Positions 12,039 to 23,700 of a stretch of DNA of 34,008 nt are shown piece after piece. Where the stretch lies: positions 1 to 34,008 of the forward strand of contig CAXNAD020000057.1 of NCBI GenBank assembly GCA_964200185.2. The letters run 5' to 3'. This DNA is from Choristocarpus tenellus KU-1152. Lineage: Eukaryota > Protista > Phaeophyceae. The notes under the pieces are model-generated. The model saw nothing but the letters and a program-made list of their open reading frames with translations. It was not told the DNA's origin and made no database searches. The first letter of the stretch is position 1. Each line of letters begins with the position of its first letter. A program made the position numbers and the translations under genes.

Positions 12039-14428
12039 CTGATGCACAGGCACGTGGTGGCAAGGGGAAGGGGCTCAATTTCCCCCACATCTTCATTACT
12101 AAACAAGGTGTAAGGCTGAAAAAAACCCTGATAGCGACTACCTTTTATCAGGTATTCAGTGTGAGCATGTGTGCAAACCAAACCCTTTTTTAATCTTGTT
12201 ACAAAAAAATAAATTCCATGCAACACTTGCAATGATGAGAAAAAAACCCCATACTTGCAACAACAAAAATGAATAAATAGTTTTCTTTCGAAACTAAAAC
12301 AGCCCAGGATACTTGCTATGTAAAAGGTCGAAACAAAACCACTTTTTTTTTTCTGGTACAGAAATAAAAAAGCACCGCCCCATCCCTAACTCTAACCTGA
12401 CTGGCTGAACAAATTTCCTGGTCAATGAGGAACTCGTGGATGTTTGTGCGTTGGTCACCGGACATTTGGACAACCTCCCCCCCTTCTGTGTCATTAACTA
12501 TGGCCCCATTGCAGCTGAAAGGATTCAGCACCATGCAGGGATTCGACAGAATGATATAAAATCATAACCAGGTAAAAACCGCCGCCGAGAGTGGAGAGGG
12601 TTAGGGTTTTAGGAGAAAGGCAGAAGGCAAAAACAAGTATGGGCTTCTTTAAGTAAATCAGGGATGGAATGAGGGTTTTGCGGATTTTTACCATATGAAC
12701 CACTATGCAGAAAAAAAACAACTGACATGTCAGTGTTTAGGTAAATTTGTCACAAGTACATCTCGTACAGTCCTATACCGAATTACATACTCCTCATACT
12801 CCCCCACATTTAGTTCGTAGCAATCTCTAATTTCTCGGAAAATATCGATACCCTGTTGCGGTACTGTAGCCCTCCTTTTGCATTATTGCAAAATTTTGAA
12901 ACGGTCTTTAAAAAAAAGTGAAACAGTCATTCAAACAAAGGGCAGAAATGCCATGTTTCTATGAAATCGGAAGATAGCTCTCGACACAAGAGATGAGGCA
13001 ACATCAGTGGGATTTTTCTTAATACAAAAGGTAACAATGTGTTGCGAGGAAGCGGATGATGAGGAGAGGGAAAGAACAAGGTCAGCTAAAAAAGAAAATG
13101 AATGGCTGACTGTTGCACCATGTGATGTGACTGGGGGTATATCAACACACAGCACAACAGGTGATGTTTATGTTATTCGTACTTCACTGTGCAGTTTGCA
13201 GTGGCAACAATTTAAGCAAACAGTACTACACCAGTACAAAAAAAAACTCCCCTACCTCACAAATCAAACAAATTAACTCCCTGATGTCTGATCGAAGAGT
13301 CTGCAAGGGTTGAGCAGTATTAAAAGTGAGGAAATGCTCTATTTCTATCTAAAGCAATGAATAAATTAACACCAATCTTTAACAAAAAAAAAGTGCAGTA
13401 CCTGAAGTTCTTCTTGAATGCCTTGAGAATGCGCTTCAGGTCAAGATCGTCAGACAAACCCTGTACGGTGGTGATACACTTGCGACCACTTCGCTGCTGG
13501 ACACGCACATGGACCTTACTCTGGTCGCGTCGTTCTTCCTGTGAGTCCGCGAAGGGGTCTGACCACAATTTGTGGCGTTGGAAGTGGTGGCGGGTGTGGA
13601 AGGAGCAGGGTTTAGCAGGAGAAGGAGGGCGTATTTATTAAGTTAGCATTGTAGAGAGAAAGCTTGGCGGCGGCGAGGTTCCCCGACAAAAACAAGGTGG
13701 TTGAAAGTCTGATAGATGGGATTTAAAAGGTGGGGTAGAGCAATTAGGGCGAAAAGCAACATGTGGCAGATTCGCCTAGTCTAATAACTGCCATCAACCA
13801 AAAATTATTGGCATCTTCAGACAAAAACATTGAACCTTTGTCACGTCTGCAGTAGTCCCCACTCCATCATAGACATTAGCCTTCTAAACTGTCACGGATC
13901 CACTATCTACCAACACCAGACATACAAATGGTCACATGCCATAAGAGGTAGACACGAGTCTTCCAAACGGTCACGGATCCACTGTCTACCAACACCAGAC
14001 ATACAAATGGTCACATACCAGAAGAGGCTGATAACTCCCTTATTCCAGAGCATGACAAAAGAGCTCAATTCCGACTGCCCTTCAACAAAGCAAGTTGGGT
14101 GGCTGATCTTCTTTCTCCCCTACACCATCATTGTGGAGAACCCTTAAAAAGGTTTGAACTGAGTCTGGTCTGTTTCATCAGATTGGCCAAACTTATGTCT
14201 AAAATTATAGACTCGAACAGATCTTGAGATATTTAGGAGAGATAGGCCCGGGCTAAAGAACTGCAGTCTCATTCGTAGGACAACACAAACAAAATAGATT
14301 AAGGATGTGAAAGCCTCTCTTCCAACAACGAGGACAGTGGGTGGTGACCAACACAAGAGTACAAGAGATCAGCCAGGGTACGTGGGCAAACTATTACCGA
14401 AAGATGAAAGATTCTGGATGTCGCCCAT
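12018..14428 (-). CDS. SUI1: Eukaryotic translation initiation factor 1 (eIF1/SUI1), complete, 108 aa, 4 exons
   Basis: Exons 14428-14398, 13558-13402, 12514-12397, 12038-12018 (31+157+118+21 = 327 nt) give MGDIQNLSSFDPFADSQEERRDQSKVHVRVQQRSGRKCITTVQGLSDDLDLKRILKAFKKNFSCNGAIVNDTEGGEVVQMSGDQRTNIHEFLIDQEICSASQVVLHGF*. SUI1 hallmarks present (DPFAD, QQRxGRK, FxCNG, GDQR, HGF*); all introns GT-AG. Confidence 0.97.
12397..12514 (-). CDS. SUI1: eIF1 exon 3
   Basis: SCNGAIV...GDQR...SASQ; TTCAG acceptor; CAG|GTTAGA donor. Confidence 0.96.
13402..13558 (-). CDS. SUI1: eIF1 exon 2
   Basis: DPFAD...KKNF; GTCAG acceptor; AG|GTACTG donor. Confidence 0.96.
13881..14030. repeat. 79-bp tandem duplication in eIF1 intron 1
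   Basis: gtcacggatccact(a/g)tctaccaacaccagacatacaaatggtcacat starts at 13891 and at 13970. Confidence 0.9.
14398..14428 (-). CDS. SUI1: eIF1 exon 1 (MGDIQNLSSF)
   Basis: ATG at 14428-14426; G|GTAATA donor; phase 1 completes the D of DPFAD. Confidence 0.92.
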
Positions 14429-14683
14429 AACAGTAGGTATGTTGTTGCTCCCTCCTTTCTGGTTATTTGAGGAATTTGCTTGTTTGTGTGTTGACAGAAG
14501 TAGTGGGAAGTGTTTCGAGTCTTAGTGGAGGAAGGAGACCATATTGAGGTGACGTCACTTTTGCGATAGAATGGGGTTTCATTGGCTAGAGAAGAGGATG
14601 ACACCCATCATGTCAAGACAAAAAAAACTCAACACATCCTAATCACAACTTTTTCATCTTCTTATCCACTGCAACAATACACG
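14429..14683. promoter_or_regulatory. Putative bidirectional promoter and 5' leaders between eIF1 and the RraA-like gene
   Basis: 255 bp between divergent ATGs; perfect palindrome GTGACGTCAC (CRE/bZIP-type) at 14549-14558; CCAAT on the - strand at 14585-14581. Function inferred from geometry. Confidence 0.65.
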
Positions 14684-14721
14684 ATGAGGGTTGTCAACAT
14701 GCTCAGGACCGCGAGCGGGAG
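14684..14721 (+). CDS. RraA-like exon 1 (MRVVNMLRTASG)
   Basis: acgATG start; AG|GTATCA donor, phase 2. Supported by phase fit only. Confidence 0.6.
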
Positions 14722-17700
14722 GTATCACCACTGTTTAATCCCTGCTTCTAGAATAGTATCCCTTCGCCTCGACCAAGGTTTCAGGCGCATTACGACAGGT
14801 TCGGATATCACCCTTCCCCTTTTCATGCTGAATAAAAGGTGTACGTGTAAGGTGAACACCACGTACCTACCTACCCTTTGCATAGACTTTATCCACCAAT
14901 ACTGTACACGGTCTTCGGGCACAGTTTGGCTACTCGAAATCCATGCATTGAGTGTGAAAATTCGCTGATTCCTGCCATACACGATAAGTGTGGTTTGTTT
15001 CTTAGTTCCACTGGTCCTGATCTCCAGCAATACCATGACTATCCATGTCATGTGCAAGATGTGCATGGATCCGATTAGATTAATGTTGACACCTAATCCA
15101 CCCCGACGATGCTGAAAGGGTCGCTCGAGCCCTGGCACTGCCACCCCCCCCCTATATTTGTCACTGTTGAAGACGTGTCCTGATATTTGCCTCTGCCTGC
15201 CGTTTTGTGTTCTCATTGTGACCTTGTATTCTCTTCAAGGGAAAAGCGATCCTCATTGGCCAGTAGTTCGCGATCTCCTTAATGATTGCGACACGCCAAG
15301 CCTCTGTGACGCTGACAAAGGACTGGCAACTGTACTCGACTATGCGATACGACCTAGGTGAGGTGGAGGATATCTGTGTTCGAGCATATCCCTGTTAATA
15401 TAACAGGTCGTGCATTTGCGTATACGTGACCTAGTCCTCGGCTCACTCCTGTAGCCGTTTCCCTTGGTATTATACAGGAGTTCAACACTTCAATATTCAT
15501 GAGAACTTTCAAGGCTCAATGCCTCCCACCATGTCGCACCCTACTCGACTGGTCGGGTACATCTTCAACTCACACTCCACTACCCCAATGTGAGCCATCC
15601 TTGATAAGCGAGCGTATGCGCACAATTCTTATGGAAACAGGCATATGCGAGGTAGGGGGATCAAGCTCATTGGCCGGGCGAGGACGGTTAAGACTGTGGT
15701 TTCCCCTGGAGATATTCCCGACTTCAGGACGCTGGTGGAGGTGAAACAGTGAACCTTGTTGGTCAATATTCCTTGTGTTGACACATTAATTGCTTGAAAT
15801 TGGTTGAGTTGGGAAATCACAAAAGCATTTTTGTTCAGTATTTAGGTGGTGGACATGCTAGTTACATAGAGACAGATGCCTGAAGGCAACACGCCCCAAT
15901 AGTTGTGATGTTGTATTACTACCTCTGTTCGCTATTCAAAGATAACATTTGAGATATTTTACCTTATAACTCACTCCTTCGACGAACTCGATTAAATTGA
16001 TTTCACTATCACAAAGAACGCACTCTAATTGGTCAGTCCAATTACCACATTTTATTTCATGTGTGGTTTGTCGAGAGCAGTGGGTGCTGAAAAAGTTTCA
16101 AGACAACACCTGCATTTGAATTCCGTTGTCAGAGACCTTTGGCTGTGCATTAGACACGAACCAGCCAAAAGTTATTTGAAATTATGAAAAGAAAGAACAT
16201 GAAACTGACTGAAAGAAGGGCCATGATTGTAGAGTCGCATCAAGGCAGAAACATTGACTCTTTGGTCAGGGTTGACTTCAAGTTAGTCACCAAGATCTTT
16301 TGAGACCAATGCGCAAACAATAGCAGAGCTATAGAAGAGCTGCGAGGCCCCAAAAGGATGCTGGTGTCGTGGATCCCATAATTGATTCAGGGCAAAGTAG
16401 GAATACCGACTGCAGAGGGTGTAAACATTGATGGCCTCACGAGAGTCTTTTGTGATCATATCTCGAATAGAATACACAACCAAGTGTGGCATGGCGGTGT
16501 AGGTGTATGTCCTGCTGACCGCTCTGCATGACAACATTAGAAAAATGGGCAATAATAGGGCATGCTCAGTCAAACTTGAGTTGTATATTATTGCTAATGA
16601 GTGCAAGGTGCAAAGGGTAAGGTGAGCAACGCGTTGGGTCACTGAGGGGTCTGGATACTTATAAAGGCTCCTACTGCTTCAAAGCCTTTGTCGTGTGGAC
16701 GATAAGTGGCTATTTATCTGCTAGGGTGTCCGGAAGCATTAGCTCTGTGGTGGCAAAGTGCAGGGCAGGAACTTCACTCCCGTTGTCCCCATTTTATGCT
16801 ACATTTTTGAAAATCACAATTACACACCTTGGAGAAACATTGAATTCAACATCATGTTACATACTTGATACTGAAAACAAGAGTTTTTTAGCATTCTGTG
16901 GTGTCCATAACTCTCTAGTTCCAGAACATGTACTGTGAATACATAATACTGCGTAATACTTCTACACTATGCACGCATCAATATAGAGTAGAGGCACTTC
17001 AACAATCATGCTGCTAACCCAAGCAAAAATGTTGACATAGTACTAAGGTTTATTGTTGTCTAGGAGTGCAACGATTTTTTACGAAATGGTTGTGGACTAG
17101 AGAGGGGTGCGGAAGTTTCAAATATCATTCGGTGTATCTGGCAATAGCAACAAAACCCCAACAATAGAAAGAAAATTCGACTCTTCCACAGCTTTTCGGA
17201 TATGGAAAATATTGCAAACCTTGGACAGCATAACACGCAACAAAAAACGATGTTCATAGCATTGCAGACGAAATAGATATCAATATGTGTTGCCCATAAC
17301 ACTTCAGTCCAATACTCTGCAATGCTCCTGAAATTTAGTCCAAAACGTATTCAGTATATAACATATGCTACGTACTTTATTTATATAACCCTCACCCTTA
17401 CCTAACCTTCCCCCTAATGTTTTGAAAGTGTAACGTTATCCAGGGTGTGCAATATTTCTGCCTATGAATGCCCCTCTACTTGTGCAAGTCTCCAACTCCC
17501 ACCGCCTCCATTTCCCCCCTCCCCGCACAACTCTCTTCGCCCTTTGTCCTAGTTTCTCCTCCCTCTTTACCCCCAACCCCCCTGCCGGAATGGTAGTCTT
17601 CTTGATTACTAAGGTTTTGTGCGAACATGTACTACAACTGTGGTTTCCCCACGTGTGCTTGCTTTGTTGTGTGTTGTGACCATTGGTGTTTGCACCGTGA

Positions 17701-20700
17701 GGCCTTTTTCTTTTTGAGTGTGCGTCATTTTTTTTTTTTCGAGAAAATCGTCATTGGTTGTTTATGATACAAAAAGTTCCCAGACTAGACCGTGTTCACT
17801 TTCCTTGTCTCCCTCTCTTTTCTTGTCAATCCTCCCTCCCCCAATGAAGAGTTATCCTTTGTATATGATCCATTTTGTACTTTAAAGAGTACAGGATTGT
17901 AATAGTACCAGTAGTATAGTTGAGCAAAACTCATACTACTCTAAAGTACCTTGTCGTACTGCTTAATCTTGCTTGTGTTCTATGCCTCCCCATGAGCCAG
18001 GGCTTAGAAATTTTTCTTGCAGAAGGAAGAAGACAGCAGACCCTGATACAACCTGTTTAGCTATTTGGTTTTGTTCACTATTCCTCCTCTCCTCCCCCTT
18101 CCCCACCCTCCCCACCCTACAATGATACTTTTACCTGTGCTTGTGTGATAGTCACTGATGGAGAGCAGCCCAGGAGAGGTTCTTGTGGTGGATTGCGGGG
18201 GAAGCAAAGTGAGTGTAGCAACTGAGGTGATTGTTATGGCCTCTCTCTGGCTCCCTTCTGATATTTTGAAACGCAGTGACTGCTGGCTCTGTCATCACCG
18301 TCCCCACCTCCCCTACCTTCACACCCATCTCCTTACGGTTGCTTCCTCTATCTCTTACATTTTGTAAAATTTGTATTGAGCTTCTGCAACACGTTTATCT
18401 TGTACTTCTTTTTTCTTTCTTTGTGAATTCCTGTTGGGTTGAAGTTAGGGTTTGAAGCTTTTCATAGTACTCCACTATTGAGCTCCAGTAGAGGAATGTA
18501 ACTACAAGTAATCTACTACTGCCACACAGCCTTGTGGAAAAGGATGGTGCTGTCTTCAGACTCAGGTTTGGAGGTTTTGACGTTGTATAATTGAAGCTGG
18601 CTTGTTAGATTGTTGTGCGTGAATGGATCAGCCAACCAAGCTTACTCACCATGAACTAATCACAGCTATTTAGCATATGCTCCAAAGAGAGTATTTTCAC
18701 TGGTGGACTGACCATGATAAACAGCGTGTAATATCCTATTCAATTCTCGGTACCTGACTATGGGATAAAGTGTGGTCATGAGGAGTCCGGTGGAACTGGG
18801 CATTGCTCATCTGGGAGGATGCCAACTGGGTAGAGATTGAAGAACTAGCCTGTTGTCAGGAAGCAAAGCTAGTGAGAGCTTGTGTGAGGGAGGGGGGGAC
18901 AGAGGCAAAGGGTCCACGGGTAGACACAGTTTTTGAATTGCTGCATTGCATGAAGTGATGGAGAATGTATCTGAGGAAATGGTGCCCCTATGAGAAGATT
19001 TTCAGTTCAGAATAAGGACAGATACTTGAGTGTTCCTCCCAAAAGTACATTCAACCCCTTGCAAGAGGGCATTTTGTGGACCTTCATGTGAGACATTTTT
19101 CAATACTAATGGAAAGAAGCAATCGAGGGCGGAAGTGCTAGATACTTCAAGAAGAGCGGGTCAGGTTCCCGGAGACAGATCAAACCCTACACATGGGGGA
19201 GATCAAGGAAGAATTAGTCAAGCTGCCCATGATGTAATTCTCTGTACCACCTTATGATCAGGTGCATGTTGTGAGAGAATTGAAAGAGAATTACATGGTG
19301 ACAGCCTCCTATCCAGGGTTTTCCATCTCAATGTGGGGACTGAAATCTGGCAACTTGGGCAATAATATTTACTGCCTAGAACGATCTTCATAGGCTTTAG
19401 GCCTCAAGAGTTCAGGGACCTTGTGTGTGGGCGGAGGTGGAACCGTATATATGAAGGAACCCTGACAAGCTGTTTGACCTACTACATGAAACAGAAAGCT
19501 TTCAAATTCTTGCAATAGGGTCCCAGGGAAAGGATGATGTGCCTGGTGTAGCACAAGGACTGGACCAGTCCCTCGATAGGTGCAGGGTCTCAGTGGCACG
19601 AGCTTGAAAGGACTGAGTAAAGGTCCCACCATAACCGGAAGTGACCAAGATACCCGTTTCTGCGAAAATATGTCAGAGAGAGCGACAAGGCACCTGTCCT
19701 ATGTGTCAATCAAGGTTAGTTGCAGTACCTCCACAACAGGAGCAACAGTAGAAACATCAAAGACAACATCATGGCAACCTGGCAGGGGCAGTGAGAGAGA
19801 ACTGGGGGTACTGACTGATCTAGGCCGGGGCAGTCTGATGGCACAGGTCTGAGCCCTTCCTCTAAACAGGTAGGCAGTTCAAACCGTCTAGGTGCAGCCC
19901 AATGCCCCCACAGCCATCAAAGGTCGACCTTCCCATCTCACACTACATAAGAGTTGTATATAAAAGTAGTTATGTGTGCTGTGTGGGAGGAATTCTAACT
20001 GTGTGTACCACTTCCCAATCCAAAACTATTACGTGGTGCCAGACTCTTGTCCCATAGAGCTCTAGGCCTCCTCAACTACATCAAGAAGGAATATGGTGTG
20101 GTGGGTGTGCATTTGGAGTAGCTAATCAGCCATCACATCGTCTCCATCATGCCTACAGGCACCATATGGTATTGGTTGACTTTCCTTTTTCTGCCAAGGG
20201 TATGCTGGTTGCTGGTTCCTGACTACATAAATGTTTGAAGCACCACCATATACCATTGGGCATCCAACTGCCATGGTGGTTCAGTGGTATATCAATAATT
20301 GACAAAATTAGAAGTTTGAGGTTTCTCCCAGCTGAACCACTTTCCCGCCTTCCTACACCAGGAGGATAAAGAGAGAAGGAGAGTCAAGTTCATAGACTCA
20401 ATAGGGAATATATGATTAGTGGGGTGTTGGCTCATGGATTAATCCGGGTAGTATGTGCCCTTTGATTTTGTCAAATTTTGAGATACTACACAACCTAGGA
20501 TTAGGTAGGCCAGCAAGGCCCCAGGGCTCATACAAACACACAAGAGGACTGGCATTATCTGAACTGATGCCACTTTTTCTCACATTTAATTAGAATACCA
20601 TTCAACTCCCTCCGTCATTTGAAGGACTGATTCCTTATCCACCAATCAGACCTATCTAAACTCATTTGTTGTTCAAACTGGTGTTTGGTCCCATGTACAT

Positions 20701-23700
20701 CCCATGGCACTTGCCAGACCAGAAGCAACTTTCCCTCTAAACCCCAAAAAATGTGAAGGGAGAAGGCTTCGGCATCAGAATACCTTCAATAACAGGTCGC
20801 TGGACCTGCAAAAATAATTGACCTCACTCTCAAATACATCACTTAAGCTCATACTTACGGTATTCCTGCAGTGTGAATAATACTACTTTTTTTCTTTTCT
20901 TCTACCGTACACACCAAGCTCCACTAACAGCCCTGACCTCATTTTGTGGTGCTAGAAGGGAAACGGGCAATCTCAAGTGCAAAATATCAGGAATATCACA
21001 AAAGAAACAGAATAAGCCTTCATCAATCCTCTCTGTGAAAAAGGCTTGACCTGTCCCAATATCAACCTGGTCCTGCAGTCTCCTGCAGATCTGTTCCCTT
21101 AGCATCCTCCACGATTATCAAAGTTGGCAAGACTCACAAAGCAAATTGATGCAGTTCAAAATAAGACACCTCATGTGGCAGGGATTGAGGGGACCTCACT
21201 TCTTCTGGATGCTTACATGGGTTACACCTAAGCATACAGGAAGATATATACACACACATATTAATATCTCTCTTAGGTTGATATAATCAAGATACAACAA
21301 TTTCCCTCCAAGTTGGTATGGTTTTATGTGGTACATGGTCCTGCCCCGCCACTTTTACTTTTAATCCTCTCATCCAACAAACTGGTAGCTTATACTTCAA
21401 CTTCTGCCTCTGCTGTTGCTACTCTTCATTCCTCTCATGGCAGGCAGAAGGTTGTACAACCAAGTCCAACTTCTTATCTTCCACCCATAGCCAGTAAGAA
21501 CCCTTTCTAAAAGTGCATCCTGTAACTGATGCTTCTGCTTCTTTGCTGCATCTGTTTCTGTGTCATGTACTCAAAACTGTTGCTTCTGTACCCCCAACAA
21601 GAACTCTCTCTGATCTGTGTCAAGACCTTTTCTTACTACTAAATGGCGATAGCCCCAGGCTGTAAGAGGATACCTAGGTGCATCCCCAATCTCTACCATA
21701 GTTGGGTCTAGTCCCCTAATAGCATGGGTGTGGTTATTGTAAGCTGGTGTTTTGTGGAGGAGTCAGACAGTCAAATCTCCCTGATCTTCAACCCTATATA
21801 GCAAAGTATGCACATAACCTCACGTGGGCACATACAGTTTGGACAAAACCTCATTTGCAGGTGTGAAATCTCCATGAGACAGAAGAAAGTATGGATTGTA
21901 CTAAACAACTAACGGCATTGAGCTTGTTATTCCCAATAGGAGTTTCTGGCAAAGGTCTCATGATGTTAAATCTATTGCTTGGCCCAGACTACTATGCAAA
22001 GTCAATGAGATGATAAGCCAATGAACCTCTCTTCAGTCAAAATAATGAACTCAGGATCTGCAACCTCTACCTAACTCTCCCCATTCAAACCCCAATTAAA
22101 AATATCATGAACTCCGTCTACTTCCGTAGGAATAGGCATGCACTTGAGCAGGCTCAAAACAGGTCAAGAATTAACGCTAAAAACCCCAAACCCAAGCCAC
22201 CTAGTTAGAGCATCAATCCAAAGCATTTCAGAGGATAACCATCCACTTCAGTAAGATCAGAGGGTCTCAACCTTTCACTCCTCTAATCTGACCCTGTTGG
22301 AAAAGTCTTCAAAACATTACCACATTAGTTACATAGTCCCTGACCTATGATGCAAGACATACTGGTATACTGCCATATATGACAATCAACTCAGCACCTG
22401 GAGAACATTGTCGGGCAACCCCTGCATATACACAGGTGCCCTTTGATCTGTGAACAGGTGAAGTTGAGTACTGCATTCTAACTCACTACCAGTCCAGTTA
22501 CACTCTCAGGTAGCATGGCTCAGCATGTAGAGTGATCTTGCATCTCCATCCTTGCCCTCCTGCCATAGAACATCCCAAAGTGAATCAGTACCGGTATCTG
22601 TGACCACAGAAACAATTTCCTGTGGTGACGGCTTGGTGGTCATTTAAGGCCCAGACACAACCAATTCTCAGCATTGTCCGCACTTCCTCCACAGCCTAGA
22701 CATGAACCACCGTCACCTCAAAAAGCACTCCTTTTCTCAAATAGATCAAAGGATGTGCATCCTTTCCAACCCTTCAATCAACTGTCTGTGATGTGCCATT
22801 CCTCCCAACAAAGAACTGGGACAGATCATTAGGCAGTAGCATGCTCATCAATCCCTCAATTTCCTTTGTACCTGGCTGAATTTCACCACTGGCGCAATGC
22901 CTAAAAGATGTAATGGACCCTTTCCAGCAAAACACTAAATGGACCAACATCAGTTTCATTCTTTGCAAAATCGATGGGAAAGCAGAGAACAATCAAATCG
23001 GTAGTTCAACCTTCTTGTACACAGGGCCAAAAAGCAGGATGTGGAGTTGCTGGCTGGGGCGTATTGTTCAATGATTTGTGCGTAGCCTTGGTGATAGCAT
23101 TCTCCTCCCTACATAACTCTGTTTGGCATTATCCTTTAACCTGAGAACTCCAGGCCTCAGATGCTCTTTCGTTGGCGTGGTGCCTGCCATCCGTTCTTGT
23201 ATGCATGAACCATGAACTCTGTCCCCCACCTGGAGTTAAAACCCCAGACAGTTTTTTGATGGCAATTGACAACAGTGACTTGTCATGACTGTTTCTTCCA
23301 TATATCAGCAGGTGGGGCAGACATCCTACAACCAGCGTGATGATCAATGTACCTCTCAACTTGGCACTCTATATGCATCACAAGCCTCTGCAGCTCAGGA
23401 ACACGACTGTGGCAGTTTTCCCTCCGGCCACTGACAATATACCCATTGATATTTCCGGTGTCTAGATGTACAGCAGATCCTCGAGTCTGCCATGCAGTGG
23501 GTGGTCACATACCAGACCCATGCATCAGTACCTACCTTTAATGATGGCACTCCTGCAGCAAGGCATGCTGATAAAGTGGCCTTGCTGAAGTTTCAAGGAG
23601 TGCCTGTGAAGCAATATTCCAGACTACATTGTAGGGATGTTTTCCCCTTTGCCAAGTCTAGCCAGGCTAGAGATGGTACCTGAGGCAATATTGGATTACT

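Noticed and set aside
21850-21880. HGDFTPAN on the - strand, resembling a kinase or APH catalytic loop
   Set aside because: No DFG/DWE-type motif downstream and no Gly-rich loop upstream in the long frame.
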